From an uncultured Acidimicrobiia bacterium (GTDB taxonomy: Bacteria > Acidobacteriota > Vicinamibacteria > Vicinamibacterales > SCN-69-37), in the NCBI GenBank assembly GCA_966252305.1, contig CBINOO010000001.1, positions 203,289-267,288 on the forward strand: a stretch of DNA of 64,000 nucleotides, given 5' to 3'. A program made the translations under genes and the position numbers. Below are positions 63,580-64,000 of the stretch, one piece after another. The notes beneath the pieces were generated by a model that made no database searches, had not been told where the DNA came from, and was given only the letters and a program-made list of their open reading frames with translations. Every line of letters begins with the position of its first letter. The stretch's first letter is position 1.

Positions 63580-64000
63580 TTACACCATCGCGACGAACTG
63601 CTTGCCGAACTCGTCGAGCGCGGCCTTCAACGCGCCCTTCACCTCATCGTCAAGCACCTTCTTCTCGCGGATGTCGGTGAGCACCTGTGGACGCTGGGTT
63701 TCGAGGAAGCGGTACAGCTCGGTTTCGTAGGCGCGCACCTTTTCGACCGGCACGCTGTCCAGGTAACCGTTGGTCGCCGCAAAAATCAGGGCAACCTGCT
63801 TCTCGACCGCCAGCGGCTGGTACTGCGGCTGCTTGAGCACCTCGGTCAGGCGACGGCCGCGGTTGAGCTGCTTCTGCGTTGCGGGGTCGAGGTCCGAGCC
63901 AAACTGCGCGAATGCCGCGAGCTCGCGATACTGCGCGAGGTCGAGACGCAACGTGCCGGCCACCGACCGCATCGCCTTGATCTGCGCCGAGCCGCCGACG
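63580..64000 (-). CDS. atpA: F0F1 ATP synthase subunit alpha, 3' part only (continues beyond right edge)
   Basis: [47 protein letters not shown] is the conserved AtpA C-terminus. The frame stays open to the window end. Confidence 0.9.
   Translation of the reverse strand, partial: VGGSAQIKAMRSVAGTLRLDLAQYRELAAFAQFGSDLDPATQKQLNRGRRLTEVLKQPQYQPLAVEKQVALIFAATNGYLDSVPVEKVRAYETELYRFLETQRPQVLTDIREKKVLDDEVKGALKAALDEFGKQFVAMV

Overview
This window is about 64 kb of a high-GC bacterial chromosome; hand counts of sample 60-nt lines mostly give 60-70% G+C. It is extremely gene-dense. I support 58 protein-coding genes, two of them cut by the window edges, and many are joined by 1-4 nt start/stop overlaps. 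I recognised no rRNA, tRNA, CRISPR array, transposase or integrase. Two MacB/FtsX-type 'ADOP' duplicated orphan permeases (one with a permease-prefix N-terminus next to a PadR regulator), many exported peptidases (S66, M28, M49, M1) and three SpoIIE/PP2C phosphatases suggest an Acidobacteriota-like organism; this is inference only.

Gene order, left to right:
- a glycosidase-family lipoprotein (partial) and an LD-carboxypeptidase;
- a 13-kb minus-strand array: ADOP permease, two HEAT/cyclophilin-like paralogues, M28, M49, a beta-CASP nuclease and a D-Cys-desulfhydrase-family enzyme;
- MTHFR-like, nitroreductase, aminotransferase, PadR plus a second ADOP permease, modABC, SDR, DoxX, and two more PLP enzymes;
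- GT2 plus a large membrane protein, a SpoIIE phosphatase, an M1 peptidase and an orphan NuoG-like protein;
- a lipid kinase, a TM-GAF sensor and a GAF-GAF-SpoIIE protein;
- fabZ, serA-like, EamA, Lrp and a YhaM-like HD nuclease;
- a signalling cluster: hybrid kinase, FliA-type sigma, a DHp-only mini-protein, an HTH protein, an NtrC-type activator and a small basic protein;
- the operon 77-aa ORF-hldC-mfd-surA-like-nusG-like-dusB;
- a small accessory islet: an RHH protein plus a nucleotidyltransferase, three 23-bp repeats, and a DUF2075-type nuclease/NTPase;
- wzt/wzm, PP2C, and atpCDG plus partial atpA.

Most worth a second look:
- the RHH/NTase/DUF2075 islet;
- the stand-alone H-box (DHp) mini-protein sitting between a hybrid kinase and an NtrC-type regulator;
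- an 8-nt tandem repeat that forms the entire spacer, and both boundary codons, between two peptidase genes;
- a roughly 300-bp low-GC patch inside mfd;
- a hairpin-rich 288-bp gene-free spacer.

All family calls rest on motif recognition by eye; no searches were run. Coordinates of hand-found repeats are anchored to ORF-track codons and should be good to about 1-2 nt.
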